A DNA stretch of 64,000 nucleotides, taken from assembly GCA_043228905.1 (NCBI GenBank), contig JBHGNT010000009.1:11904001-11968000 (forward strand), written 5' to 3'. The notes under the pieces are model-generated. The model searched no databases, had not been told where the DNA came from, and saw only the letters and a list, made by a program, of their open reading frames with translations. Within the stretch, counting starts at the first letter, position 1, and every line of letters begins with the position of its first letter. Positions 37,509-50,544 of the stretch are shown piece after piece. This DNA is from Azolla caroliniana. Lineage: Eukaryota; Plantae; Polypodiophyta. The position numbers and the translations under genes are program-made.

Positions 37509-40500
37509 AGAAAATACAGTGAATCGAGACTTAGACAATCGATCGAGCTTTAATGGAAATCTTCTTATTACTTCGTTCTCAATTAGAGATACAATACTCT
37601 TCTCATCATCACTCATTACAATGTTAGGTATTCGCTTATCTACTAAGCCCTAAATTATTAACGAGTTCACACTTGGACGGATACAACCTAGAAGGAGTCG
37701 GCCTTTTATACCAACAAACTCCCTCGTAAAAGGACTACTCTTTCTTGCATGTACAAGTATTTGGGATTATCTCCCCCGTAAGCCTAGTTTACAAAATTGA
37801 TCGAAGTTTATATGTTACAAGTCGGTCGGCATGCAGCCGAGTCGGCAGATGTATAGGATGTGTGTCTTTATTGTTCCGATCAGATCTTACCTTCTACTCC
37901 TCGTTTGGCTTTCTTCAGCTCGGTCACTTGTCATAGACCCATTTTCGTCCTTAGTGCTCTGAAGCGTAGATCTGGGAGTGGCTTCGTCAAGCAATCGGCG
38001 ATGTTCACCTCGGTGTCGATCTTCCAGACTTCGAGTTTCTTTTTGTTTATGAGCTCCCGGATATGATGATACTACACCTCAATGTGCTTCGTCTTCGCAT
38101 GATAGACGGGATTGTTGATGAGGTGTATTGCACTCTATGAATCACAATAGATGGTCGGCGCTAGTCGGTCATTTCGGCTTGCAGTTCCGAAGTCGCCAGT
38201 CAGTCGGTGTAGCCAGATCGCTTCCTTCGTTGCTTCTGATGGTACTATGTACTCGGCTTCTGTGGTAGACAGAGTCGTGCACTCTTGAAGTTTTGAACTC
38301 CATGATATCGCCCCGCCACCATAGGTGAAGATGTAGCCTGATGTCGATTTCCGATTATCTAAATTTCCGGCATAGTTGGAATCGGTGTAGCCTTCGACTT
38401 CGGCTGAGGTTGTCAGTTCGAAAGTCAGTTGTGCATCCAAGGTTCCTTTTAGATACCTAAGGATGTGTTGGACAGCCTCCCAATGCTTCTTTCCCGGATT
38501 TGACATGTACCGGCTAACCACCTCTACGGCATAGGCTAGGCTGGGTCAGGTCGCCACCATTGTGTACATGATACTTCCTATTGCCGATGCGTAGGGTATT
38601 TTTCCATTAAGTTCTCTTTCCTTGTCTGTCAAAGGAGAGTCTCTGTCTAATATTCCAATCAACGTCGGAAGCGGTGTCGGTGTTGGCTTCACGTTCTCCA
38701 TGTTAAAGCGCTTCAACACCTTGCAGATGTATTCGAACTGGGAGAGTCGAAGAGTTTTGGTCGTCCAATTTCTCTCTATCCTCATGCCCAGTATCTGTTG
38801 GGCCTGTCCAAGTTCCTTCATTGCGAACTTTGCGTGAAGGCTCCGCTTCAGCTTACCGATCTCTGCTTCATTGCTTCCTGCAATCAACTTGTCGTCAACG
38901 TATAGGATTAGATAGATCCTTGACTCGTCAGCCAGTTGTCGAACATACATGCATGGGTCGAAGTTTGATCTGTTGTATCCAAGCTGCCATATGTAGAAGT
39001 CAAATTTCTGGTACCACATTCTCGGCGCTTGTTTTAGGCCATATAGACTTTCCTTTAGTCGACATACGGGGTGACTGTCCACCCCGTCACCGTGAAGCCT
39101 GCCGGTTGAGACCTGTATGTGTCTTCTTCTAGATCTTCGTGTAGGAATGTCGTCTTTACGTCCATCTACTCAAGCTGTAGATCTTTTGTCACCACAACTC
39201 CTAGTAGGAGTCGAAGGGTGGTCATCTTGATTACTGGTGAGAATATCTGGTCGTAGTCGACCCCGTATTCATGTTTGAATCCTTTTGCGATAGGTCGAGC
39301 TTTGTACTTGGGTTTCTCCGAGTTCGATACATACTTGTATCAGAAAACCCATTTGCAAGGTAGTGACTTCCTTCCAGCTGGTAGTTCAACCAGCTCCCAT
39401 GTCTGATTCTGATGAATCGAGTCCATTTCGGATTACATGGCTTGTAGCCATGTTTCGGCTTCTGGTGCGGCCATAGCTTCTTCATAGGTGCTTGGTTCAC
39501 CTGCATCCGTGTAATTGACGTAGTCGAGGCCCGGTTGGTAGAACTTTGTTTGCCTTCGAGCTCGTCCATATCTCTTATGTGCTGAGATGTTTGGTTCGGA
39601 TCCTTTGGTCAGCTCTATTGATTGATTGGTATTAGTTGAACCATTTGTATCAGGAGTCTTGTTAGGTGTCCCGCCCCCAGATTGGGATTTCGACGATGTT
39701 TAGTTGTCCTCCCCTATGGTTGTCGTCGACTCTTTTTTGACTTGTCTCTTGGTGACTTTGCCTTTGAGTTCGACGATAGGACTTGTTGCCGATTCAGTGT
39801 TAGCAGGGAAGTTGGCAGCTTGTTGGGTTCGATTGTTTGTCGAGTCTCCGATTCGGCCCGGTGGGTCAGTCCTTCTATGATAGTGTTGCCATCTTCGAAG
39901 AATACCTTCTTACCAACTATTTTCTATTGGTTCCGCTGAGAGAAGATAGACTCTTCATTGAAGACTACGTCACTGCTCTAGATCAATTTCCAGTTCTCAG
40001 GGTCCCATAGCCGGTATCGATTGCCATCAATGGGTATAGATTATTATACTTGTGGACACTACCGATTCGGAGGTTTCTTCAGCTAATCACCCATATTGAC
40101 TCGTGTAGAGTCGTTCGATACCCGTCTTCGGCTAACATGCCGATGGAGAACAGACTCCTCTTTAGATCGGGTACATGCCGAACTCAATGGAAGGTTATTG
40201 TGTTGCCATATGGCATTCTGATGGGAACTTCCCCTATTCCGGCTATCTTGCAATCCTGCCTATTTCCCAGTCGGACTATGCCGTTAGAGTACTTCTCTGA
40301 TCATTGAGTCCTCTAAGGAGAGGATTTCTCCGGATCGGGTGTTGGCAACATTGATCTGGTTGTCGACTGGAGAGTGGTCTGAGTCGGAACGTCCCCGATT
40401 CCGCTCGGATCGCTGACCGCTCTCTTTTCTTTCTAATGACCAGTAGTCAGAAACATTGTGGCCAGCTTTCCTGCAGTGTGTGCAGTACTCAGTTGATCGA

Positions 40501-41619
40501 CCTGTTTTCGACTTCGACCGTTGTCGATCTCCCCTTGTTTTCAATCGGTTGTAGCGTCGACCGGTTCTGTCGGTTTGTTCTTTCATTCGACTCAGTCAGT
40601 CGAACGACTCAGTCGAGTGATGGGCTTCTACCGACTCATCGAGGTTTAGTCGCATTGATTTTCGCCTCATGTCCTCTGTGAGGACTTGGCCGATTGTTTC
40701 GTCCAAGTTTAAGACCATTCGGCTATTGGCATATGTCGTGGAGAATACCTCCCAACTCGCCGGCAAGCTCGGTAGGAGGGCAAGGGCTTTCACTTCTTCT
40801 TCGAAGTTGATCCCTTGTGACGAGCGCTCAGACAACACCCGACTGAAGGTGTTGATGTGGGAGGTTGCCGGATCGGTCTCCCTCATCTTCATGTTGAACA
40901 GTTGTTTGATCAAAATCAGTTTCGAAGATGAGGACTTCTTTTCATAAACGGCTTGTAGCTTCTCCCACAATGAGAGAGATGTCGTCTCTTTCACCATGCT
41001 AAAATAGACGTTTTGGGCCAGATGCATTCGGATGGTGGAGTGTGAGATTTTGTCTGTTGATCTCCACTCCTCAACTGTCATTGAAGCAAGTTTTTCCTTG
41101 TTCTAAATGCCTTCGACCTCTCTTTGAATGATCAACGCATCCTGCATCATCTCCTTCCACAAGGCAATGTTTTTGCCATCGAATTTTCTGATTTCAACTC
41201 CTGTTCCGGATGTTAAAGCCATATTTTGTTTGTGAACTTGAGATTTCTGACCTAGTCTTTTTTTTCAGCTTCTTCCGTTGTCTATTGCCGTCGAACAGTA
41301 GAGATTCGCTCTAATACCAGTTGTCAGTAACGAGTGCGATTTGCGGAAACGTGTATGGATATGTTGTCGGTTCTGAACAGCAAACAATGCAGACAGAAAA
41401 TGGAATAGGCGTGGACTTACAGAATGCAAGCTCTAATGCAAAGCTTTATTACTTCTTTCTCACTCTCTCTCAGAGATACAATACACTGACACTTCGTCTC
41501 TCTATCACTCGTCACTCTATACAATGTTAGTTATTCGCTTATATACGAAGCCCTAACTTATTGACGAGTTTACACTCGGATGGCTACAACTTGGAAGGAG
41601 TCGGCCTTTTATGCCAACA
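37509..41619 (-). mobile_element. Copia element A: 5' LTR 41322-41619, gag, integrase core deleted at ~40020, RT, RNase H, PPT, partial 3' LTR 37509-37716
   Basis: PBS TGGTATTAGAGCG at 41307-41319; CTHCRKAGH; LILYVDD; YTDSNYAG..RKSTSGY; PPT GAGGGAGTT. Confidence 0.92.
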
Positions 41620-42770
41620 CTAATTAGCTACCACTTAGCTAATTACCTAATTAGTTAAAGTATGGTAATAGCTAATTAGCTACCATTTATCTAATTAGCT
41701 ACTATACTAAAGTATGGTACTAGCTAATTAGCCACTATAACTAAAGTATGGTAGTAGCTAGTTAGTTACTGTACTAAACTATGGTAGTAGATAATTAGCT
41801 ACTCAGCTAAAGTATGGTAGTAGCTAATTAGCTACTGTATTAAACTATGGTAGGAGATAATTAGCTACCACTTAGCTAATTAGCTATTGTATTAAACTAT
41901 GGTAGTAGCTAATTAGCTACCACTTAGCTAATTAGCTACTCAACGAAAGTCCACTTAGCTAATTAGCTACTCAACGAAAGTATGATAGTAGCGAATTAGC
42001 TACCACTTAGCTAATTATCTACTGTACTAAAACTATGGTAATAGCTAATTAGCTACCAGTTACCTAATTAGCTACTCAACCAAATTATGGTAGTAGCTTA
42101 TTATCTACCTCTTAGCTAATTAGCTATTGTACTAAACTATGGTAGTAGCTAATTACCTACCATTTAGCTAATTAGCTACTGTATTAAACTATCGTAGTAG
42201 CTAATTAGCTACTATATTAAACTATGGTAGTAGCTACTCAGCTAAAGTATGGTAGTAGCTAATTAGCTACCACTTAGCTAATTAGCTACTGTACTAAACT
42301 ATGGTAGTAGCTAGTTAGCTACCACTTAGCTAATTAGCTATTCTACTAAACTATGGTCGTAGCTAATTAGTTTCCAATTAGCTAATTATCTATTCAGTTG
42401 AAGTATGGTAGTAGCTAATTAGCTAATTAGCTACTATACTAAACCATGGTAGTAGCTAACTAGCTACACAACTAAAGTATGGTAGTAGCTAATTAGCTAC
42501 TACTTAGCTAATTAGCTATTGTACTAAACTATGATAGTAGCTAATTAGTAACTCAACTAAACTATGGTAGTAGCTAATTAGCTACAATACTAAACTATGG
42601 TAGTAGCTAATTAGCTATTGTATTAAACTATGGTAGTAGCTAATTGGCTACCACTTAGCTAATTAACTACATGCTAGCTAATTACCTACTACACTACAAC
42701 CATAACAGCTAAATAGTTTCCACACATTATACGGTTTACCTAATTAGCAAAGAAGTAACTAATTAGCTAC
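41620..42770. repeat. Complex AT-rich satellite built on the palindrome TAGCTAATTAGCTA
   Basis: Dozens of TAGCTAATTAGCTA cores separated by CTAAACTATGGTAG / CTAAAGTATGGTAG / CCACT linkers. Confidence 0.95.
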
Positions 42771-44145
42771 ACTGTGGTCACAAGCAGCAATTTTACCTGT
42801 TGGTTTCCTCCACTCATCTGGGAGAGTTGTACTACAATCCCCCAAACAAAATGTGGTAATGCGACAGGAATATTGAAAACAAACAATATGGTATGTGTGT
42901 TGGCATGGTTGTAGGTGAACCAACAGAGTAGCAGATTTGTCCTCTACACGTAATCCACAAGCGATGGAACGTGCCTGAACAGTCAATATATCGTTTCCTG
43001 GTTCTCCTTCATTTGGTAAGGGAGCAAGAATGTTCAGGTCCAATTCTTATATGTTCCTTACCATCCTGTTCGCAAAATGTATCTGCTTCTTAAGGCAGCT
43101 AACTACCTGTTCTTGACAGGAGTATTGTTCCTTCAACACAGCTAAGAAATTTACCGATTAATTATTCCTTAATAAGGAAGATACAACAACAAGAAACAAG
43201 AATCATTAACTTACTTGTAGCTTGTCCAAGTTGTAATCAACGATAGTATTTAACCTAGAAGGTTCAGGTTCATTGAAAGAACTTGGATCTCTGTTTGTAG
43301 TTGAATTTTCCGATGGGGATCCAACGACCCCTCAATTTCAAGCTCATGTTGAGCAACCTATTCCAAATAATGGCTCAGTAGCACATTTTCTTGTACAAGT
43401 TATTTATAACATATTACATACTAGCAAAACAATAGGTACCTAAATCTGATTTCTGATTGTTGTAACTGCCAAAGTGACTTTGCTCTCCATCGCAACAGCC
43501 AATGTTGCTTTCTCTACATCAGTCTTAAAAAACTCCAATGTCTCACAAGGCTTCATGGACATTTTTTAGCATATAGCTAATCAATGTCTCACCTATATCA
43601 TCAACATTGGCTTTCGTTGTGTGTCAGTGTGGCGTATACTTGCGGGTTTGTTGGGAGTTGGCAGTTGCATCATCAACTACCATGCTCCAAAATCTTGCCA
43701 TTTTTTGTTGCAAGCTCCCCATCTTCCGACATCTTTCTACTGATGCCTCACCATAAATTGCCAAAGCTACCCTCTACATTTTAGGGTCACAAGATTCCTT
43801 CACTGTTTTGCAATACTCATATGCAAAAGCTCTGGCAAATGAAACGGACAACTCGTTGTTGACCGGGATCTCTTGATGTACTTTCTGGTGTAGTCTCATG
43901 CAGTCATCGTATAGGTCTGGTCGTACATGCTTTAGCTTGCCCTTGCCCTTGCCTTTCACTCTAGGCACTTTATATACTAACATCCAGTCTACATCACTAA
44001 TCAATCTATCTATTAGAACAGCAGGGTCAATACCCTTGAGCGACAAACCATATATGTTATGAAAGTCCTCCTTTGTCTTGCAAAATTTTGCGAAGTTCAG
44101 CACTCTAGGATAGGGAGGAACGAGCCACCTGAAATAGAAAATCAA
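42759..44145 (-). pseudogene. Multi-exon gene remnant with a C-terminal RING-like Zn finger; probably transposon-borne
   Basis: ORF 42759-43043 has ACG...LQPCQHTYHIVC...FCLGDC; upstream coding-like exon 43774-44145; GT-AG-like junctions near 43140, 43213 and 44130. Confidence 0.5.
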
Positions 44146-45853
44146 TAATCATAATTGGTGCAAAAACAATTTTTTTAATGTGAATTTGGTGCAAAATTAC
44201 AACACTTTGAGACAGTAATCTGAAATTTGTAATCTGTCCTTTTCAACATGTATCAGAAATCAACCAGTTAAAAAATCAAAAACCCTAATCAGAATTTGTC
44301 ATGAGAATTGGTGCAAAATTACAACACATTGCAACAGTAATCTGAAATTTGTAATTAGAAATTTGTAACCAGAAACTTGTAATCTGAAACCCAAAACCAC
44401 TTAAGGGAAACACCAACCCTAATCATCACTAAAGGCAAAAATCAACCGTAATACGAAATTTTGTCAATCAGAAACACACCTGCTGCTACACCTCAATTTT
44501 CGAGACATCCTTGTTTGGGACTCCAACGATTTCGCCCTATTTGATTTTTGGGAAAGATGAACAGGCAACAAAGTTACAAACAGTTATCAGAAAGGAAAAA
44601 AACGTTTTTTAATATGTAACGGATACATATCTGGACAGGGATTGACTTGGTCGTGTGTTGTAGCTTTGAAGGTGCAATGTCGATCTTAGAGGTTTTGTGC
44701 TACTACAGTAGCTTCGTCTACGTTCATGCTCAAAGTACTCCATCTGTTTGGAGTTCGAACTCGAACTCAGGATTATCAGGAATTTGATGACATTCAAGTC
44801 GACCTTAGATGATGTCACTATTCCCCAAGTTCGACCACTAATTCCAAACTGTTGCGGAACGGTCCTTGACTTCCGATCTCATCCATTCCCTCCGGCCTTC
44901 AATAATCATCCAAATGCGCTTAATGCCCATTTTTACCTTGTCCTCTATGGCCTCTTTTTCCTTCTTCAACTGCTTGATCAGCATTGTCATTGTCGTTGCT
45001 TGCACTTCATAATCCATGATCCGAGTTTGGTATGTTGTCTGCACTTTATCTAATATAACCTTGGACCGTGCAACCACTTGATTATGCTCCAACAACAAGT
45101 CCATCCTTTCTTTCGCCGCTTCCTCCAACAGTTTCGTTGTTATTTCCGCCATCAATCGTCCATGTTCCATGAACATGTCCGATTTCTCCTTCACCTCTTC
45201 TTGGGCCTCTTTACGTTTCTCATGCTACTAGTCGTACTCCATTTCGAGCATTTTCTCGTCCCGATACAACTTGTCAAAATCCTCCGATTTCTCCTTAAGT
45301 CGTCGGTTGTCTTGTGATCTCAACCTCCATTTTTCTTCCTTAGCTACCATTCATAATTGTTTTTCTTTTTCTTTCATTGCCGCTTGAGCGGCCAATTCGT
45401 CCTTCAGCGCTTTAATTTCTTCCTCCCATTCACGGGCTTGTTCTGGTGTTATGCTAACAACCAATTCTTTCACTTTTTCCAGATCCTCTTCTTGTATTCT
45501 CTCCGGTTCCACTGTCACTGACTTTATTACGGTTCCGCGACCCATGTTTTCCATAATGGCCAATGGGCCTTTTCTAATTCTTCCTCTAAATTCCGAATAC
45601 GACTCTGGGCCTTCTCTAATTCTCCTGTTGTAGTCGCCAACCGTTTTGTCTGGGTGAGTTCGCTTCTCCATACTTGTCGTTCCGCTTCCATCCAATCAGC
45701 CACTCTGATGACCTGCTTCCCCAACCATTCCAATAATTTCCGGTAGGTTTCGTGTTGTGCGAGTATGACGAACTATTGCAAGGCCTTTGATATATCTCCC
45801 TGGTGCGTATTTTCCCTAAAGCTCTATGTTACCGGTTCTAGATCCAATCATTT

Positions 45854-47313
45854 TGTTGGGAATATATCCCTCCAGTGGGAGGATAATCCGACTGTTCAGA
45901 AAGCCGACAGTCGAAGAGTCGGAAAACAGGAGCCGAGTTGATGAGGCTGAAACCGGAATCGTGTAAATAGCCAACTCGGGAGACTATACTTGTAAATAGT
46001 CTAAGTGTGCGCCCCATGAGGGCTACGTATGTAAATAACCAGAAAGTTACGTAAGTATATATGCAACTAGGGCAAACTTTTAGGTAAAATAGTGTAAGTG
46101 CAAAAGTTGTAGAATGCAAGAGAGCGTTGTCATGCCTTTCGGCTCCGAATCGTTGCGTGAGTCGGGTGGGAACCGCTGAGGTTTTGGACTAGGAGAAAGA
46201 AGAATATGAGATAGGCTCCTTATGAATCGATTGCAAGAAAGAGAAATATTTGAAAGAAGATATGAACCTCGTGAATCCCACAAGTATAGTATATTAATTG
46301 ATACTTAGAATGTAAGAGAGAAATAGATGGAAAAAAAATCGTGAATCCCACGAATATATTAGATTGATCAAAATCCTTGTAAAATAATCAACAACCTCTA
46401 TACATCTTTCTCTCTTCCTTATATAGTGTTGGAAGAGTCTAAGTTTATCACATGCAAGCATCATGCTTTCCCTATCTTTAGTTTTCATGCACACTGCATG
46501 TGCATGATTAGCTTTCTATCTCATCTTTTCTTTTAACTCGAGTGTCTATGCATGAATAACTTTTTGTACCATGCATGTCTAGAAATTTTACATGGGATAA
46601 AGTTTAGTATAACTTTAAAATTCATAATATGCTAGTATAATGATAAGGCTTAAAATTATTAACATGGAGGTGCAAGGTTCGATTCTTGCCCTATGCATGT
46701 AATATATAATTTTATACTTTCTTCTATTTACAAATATGTCTCTTTATCTGGTGAGAGACTCTCACCGGCCTTCTTCATCCGGCTCTTGCCGGTTCTGCTT
46801 CATCCGGTTCTCGCTAGCTTTCTTTATTCGGTTCTTACCGGATCCTTCTTACCGGTCCTCTTCGTCCGTTTCTCACTGACTCTCATCGGCCTTCTTCATC
46901 CGGCTCTTGCTGGTCTCCTTACCAGTTTTGGTCCTCACCGGTTCTTCCTTCCGGTTCTCACTGGGTACTCCATATCCCATCCGGAGAAACCAAAAATGTA
47001 ATTTTTCATGTAGTGTGCGAATTACACTACTACAGCGTGAGAGAGAGAAGAGAGAGCCGCGTCATAGCTGTGTGTGTAACAGCAAACGCGAAGAGCCATG
47101 TGCAACTGATACACTCGACAGAGTGTTGTAATCATCTCTTGTTTATATCCACTATCTGTATAGTGAAGTTCTGTTCCTATGGTTTTCCCCATTTTAGGGT
47201 TTCTACATAAATCTCTGTGCACTGTTCTGTGTCTTTTTTTCTGGCATTTCTGTAATTCGTATTTCAGCGCGTAGTTCGTCTATTGTGATCTATACCGCAT
47301 CGATTTCTCAACA
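45854..47313 (+). repeat. Copia-family solo LTR, interrupted by the unclassified repeat (46125-46730) and an inverted LTR fragment (46730-47000)
   Basis: Starts TGTTGGGAATATATCCCTCC like the LTR ending at 4366; TTGTAAATAG motifs; U5-like GGTTTTCCCC..AGGGTTTCTACATAAATCTCTGTG; ends TCAACA. Confidence 0.6.
46125..46730. repeat. Unclassified dispersed repeat, copy 2
   Basis: Aligns to 23232-23895, including the tRNA-like segment at 46631-46692. Confidence 0.8.
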
Positions 47314-50300
47314 TTTTCTTGGTTCTCCAACCTATCCTCCACATTCATCTGTTGCTCTCTCTAGCTCCGGTTTATCAACCGCTTCTGGTCTTTGAGTTGC
47401 GGCACGATCGTTCGGCCTTCGCTCCACCATCGCTAAGCGGGTGGTTGGTGTAATGTCCATCTCTGGACCCGATCTGTTCCCATGCTGCTCATCGTGACGT
47501 TTTCTAGGACGTCTCTAGAGGAGTTCTTCTTCTTCTTCTTCCAACTCCTCCAACTCTGTGGTCTTATGGTGTGCCATCTCCACCGGTTTTGGGTACTTCT
47601 ACTCCCTATCTTTCCTTCGCAACTTAATTTGAATGGGTTTCGTCGGCCTGGCTGGTTCTTCTCTCCTTGGTTTTGGCACTAGTTCTGCTTGTCGAGATGC
47701 TTCTACTGCCCATCGAGGGTTGTATTTGGCAAGTAGTTGTTGCTGTTTTGGTGGCTCTTGTGGTGTCACCTCCATCCATGCCCTCTTCTTTGGCTTGATG
47801 GTGAGTTGTGGCAGCACAAGAATTGTAAGCCATTGCACGACCTCGGTCCACGCCTTCTTTCCATCAGCAACTGCAGTTATCACTATCCGGAGGGATTCTG
47901 CTACGATTAAGTAAGCCTTCAAAAGATGCGATGATAAAGTCTGCTCTATTTTTTGGCATGTCTAGTGGTCGGGGATGCAGAAACCCACCATACTCAAGCA
48001 AGACTATGGCTATTTCCGGAATAGAACGTTTTCTCCTCACTGCATCCGGTATGCTTTGCTTGCAACTGAAAACTCCCCAAAATATTCGACCAGAATCTTG
48101 GTGGAGGGTTTTTTAATCGATTGAAATCCTTTACACAGAAGCTCGATTGTTGACTACACCGTTGCTTCTGAGATTCCTTCGACATTGATCATCCTCGCGA
48201 TCTTCTCCGGTTCTTTATGTGGTGGTGCTTCCGTGACCTGGAAAAATCCTTCTAAACCATTCCTCTGCAGCTACTCATTTGCCTTAGATGTGAGCACCAT
48301 GGGTTCTATGTTTTCTGTGTCTAGCTAGTTTTGGAGAGATGTTGGCTGTGCTTTGCTTGTGTTCTACGTTGTTCTCTCACTTTGTGCTCTTGAAATCTTT
48401 TTGTCTCGAAATGAGACTCCTTGCTTCCGGTAATTTTGTATACCAATCTCTCTTTGAGCCCTCTGTCCATGCGTCGTCGCCTATTCTTGGTTCCCGTGCC
48501 CGCACGTCATGTATAATTATAGTATGATTGCGACATGTGGTGCTCCTTAAATGTGTGGCTAACGTCACGTCTTTCCACGCACCCATTGATTATGATCATT
48601 TGAGATCTCGTACTTTTCTCTCTGTATTCTATATCTATATTTATTTATTTATTTTTTGTTTTCGTACGTCAAAAGTACGACGTAATCTACTTTCTAACAC
48701 AGGTATCGTTGATTCGTCTAAGCCCGACCGGTTCTGTTGGCTCTCTAGCCCGAAGTTGTCAGTTCTTTCGAATATCATCGTTGGTCGGAACGTCCGATGG
48801 ATCTATGTTCTCTGTTTTTCCGGCATTCTATTTTTCTCCATGCTGCTCCGGCGACATGAATGGGTTTGCCGGCATTGAACCTTTGTACGGTTTGAGCCGG
48901 AAAATGTTTACCCATTTCTCTAGTAACTCCCTGGCAAAGGTTCCCAATTGGTAAGATCCCTTAAACTCCTTCATGATCCAGTAAGTTCCGGTCCACGGAA
49001 ACCTGAGCTTTTCTGGCATGCTCCCCATGTGGGTTTGAAATACTAAAACCAGTTACCGATTCCGAATTCCTTGTCGTTACCTTGCTAGTGTCGGTTGACG
49101 AATGCCTTTCACCGATGATTCTCTAAATCCATCTGCATTAAGCTTAATATCCGATGCTCCTCGAGCTTGTACAACATCTCCAACCAAACCCATTCCGACT
49201 CATGCTTGCTTAATCATTCATGTACTTGCACTCGTAGGCTTGGGATCTGAAATTCTATTGGCATCACTACCTCTAGCCCGAATGCCAGCCGGAAAGATGT
49301 CGACCGGATGCTTGTTTTGTAAGTTTTCCGGTATGCCCATAATGCACTTTGCAGCTTTATGTCCCAATCGGTTCAATTCTCATTCACGATCTTCTTCAAT
49401 ATATTCTGCAGTGTCTTGTTCGTTGACTCTACTAGTCCGTTCAGATAATATGGCGTGCGTTGTTTGTGAACTACGATATAAAATACCATCAAGCTTTCGA
49501 CCACCTGTCTGATGAAGTGTCCGCCTTGGGCACTAATAAGTTTGATTGGACACCCGAACCGACACCATATACACAAGAAACTTCTTCGCTGATCCCGCAG
49601 AGTTGTCCTCAACCCACTTCGTACAATAGTCAGTTGCCACTATGATATACCAAATTCCAGTACGTGGTGTTGTTGGCTTGAACAGTCTGACAAAGTCTAA
49701 TCCCCATTTCTGAAATGGGTCCAGTATTCAAACCGGCTGGTGTGGCATTTGTGCTCATTCTTTGGCACAAATCACACTCTTTGGAGTACCAGACCGAGCC
49801 TTTTAAGGTGGTCTGCCACCAGAAGCTATTGCGTCAAATTTTCCCGGCTATTGTGTCTTCAGCTATTCCACAATGCGCTTCCTGGAGTGTCGCCTCCTTT
49901 TCGTCGCTCTGAACAACGGTTCTCCATACCCCATCAGCTCTAGAATGTCTTGTAATACGTAGAAATGTCTGCTTTACACTTCCAATAGCTTCCGTTCATC
50001 TTGGTTCATCTCCTCCAATGGACGTCCGGTACTTACAAATTGGTGCATGTTCATCATCCATTTATCTTCCACCAGTACCGACCCATCTGCCGCCTCTTCC
50101 GCGGTGATTTTGAACAATTGGGTATCCGGAAATTCTTCTCGGACTCCATCACTGGACTCTTTGGACTCCATCCGGCTTAAATAATTGGCGACGACATGAT
50201 GGAACTCTGGGCCTATGGTATATGTCAAACTCAAATTCTTACAGGAACAAAGTCCATCTGACTACTTTACTGGTTAATGACGCTTTCGACACAAGATATA

Positions 50301-50544
50301 CGAACGTTGAATGATCGACGTGGAAGAAAGATTTCTGACCTAACAAATAGTGCATGTACTTGGTCACACTATATACCATGCCTAGTGCTTCTCATTCCAT
50401 TGTGGAATCGTTTCTTTCGGCCATCGAGAGCTTCCGGCTCGCGTAAATGCACCGGTCGGTACCATTTCGGTTCCATAATCAACATCAACACACTCCCGAT
50501 TGATACGTCCGACACGTCAACAAACACATTGGAAATCCTTAGTC

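Larger units (their letters stand above)
44609..50540 (-). mobile_element. Non-chromovirus Ty3/Gypsy (Athila/Tat-like): RNase H, integrase and extra downstream ORFs; both ends lost
   Basis: HVVANYLSR; WGLDFV near 49700; CRFGCPIKLISAQGGHF; NGLVESTNKTL; KLRFPWTGTYWI..GSYQL..WVNIFRLKPY; coiled-coil ORFs at 44838-45733 and 47599-47922. Confidence 0.8.

Noticed and set aside
41618-41622. CACTA transposon terminus
   Set aside because: The CA belongs to the Copia LTR end (CCAACA); no matching TAGTG end with TSD found
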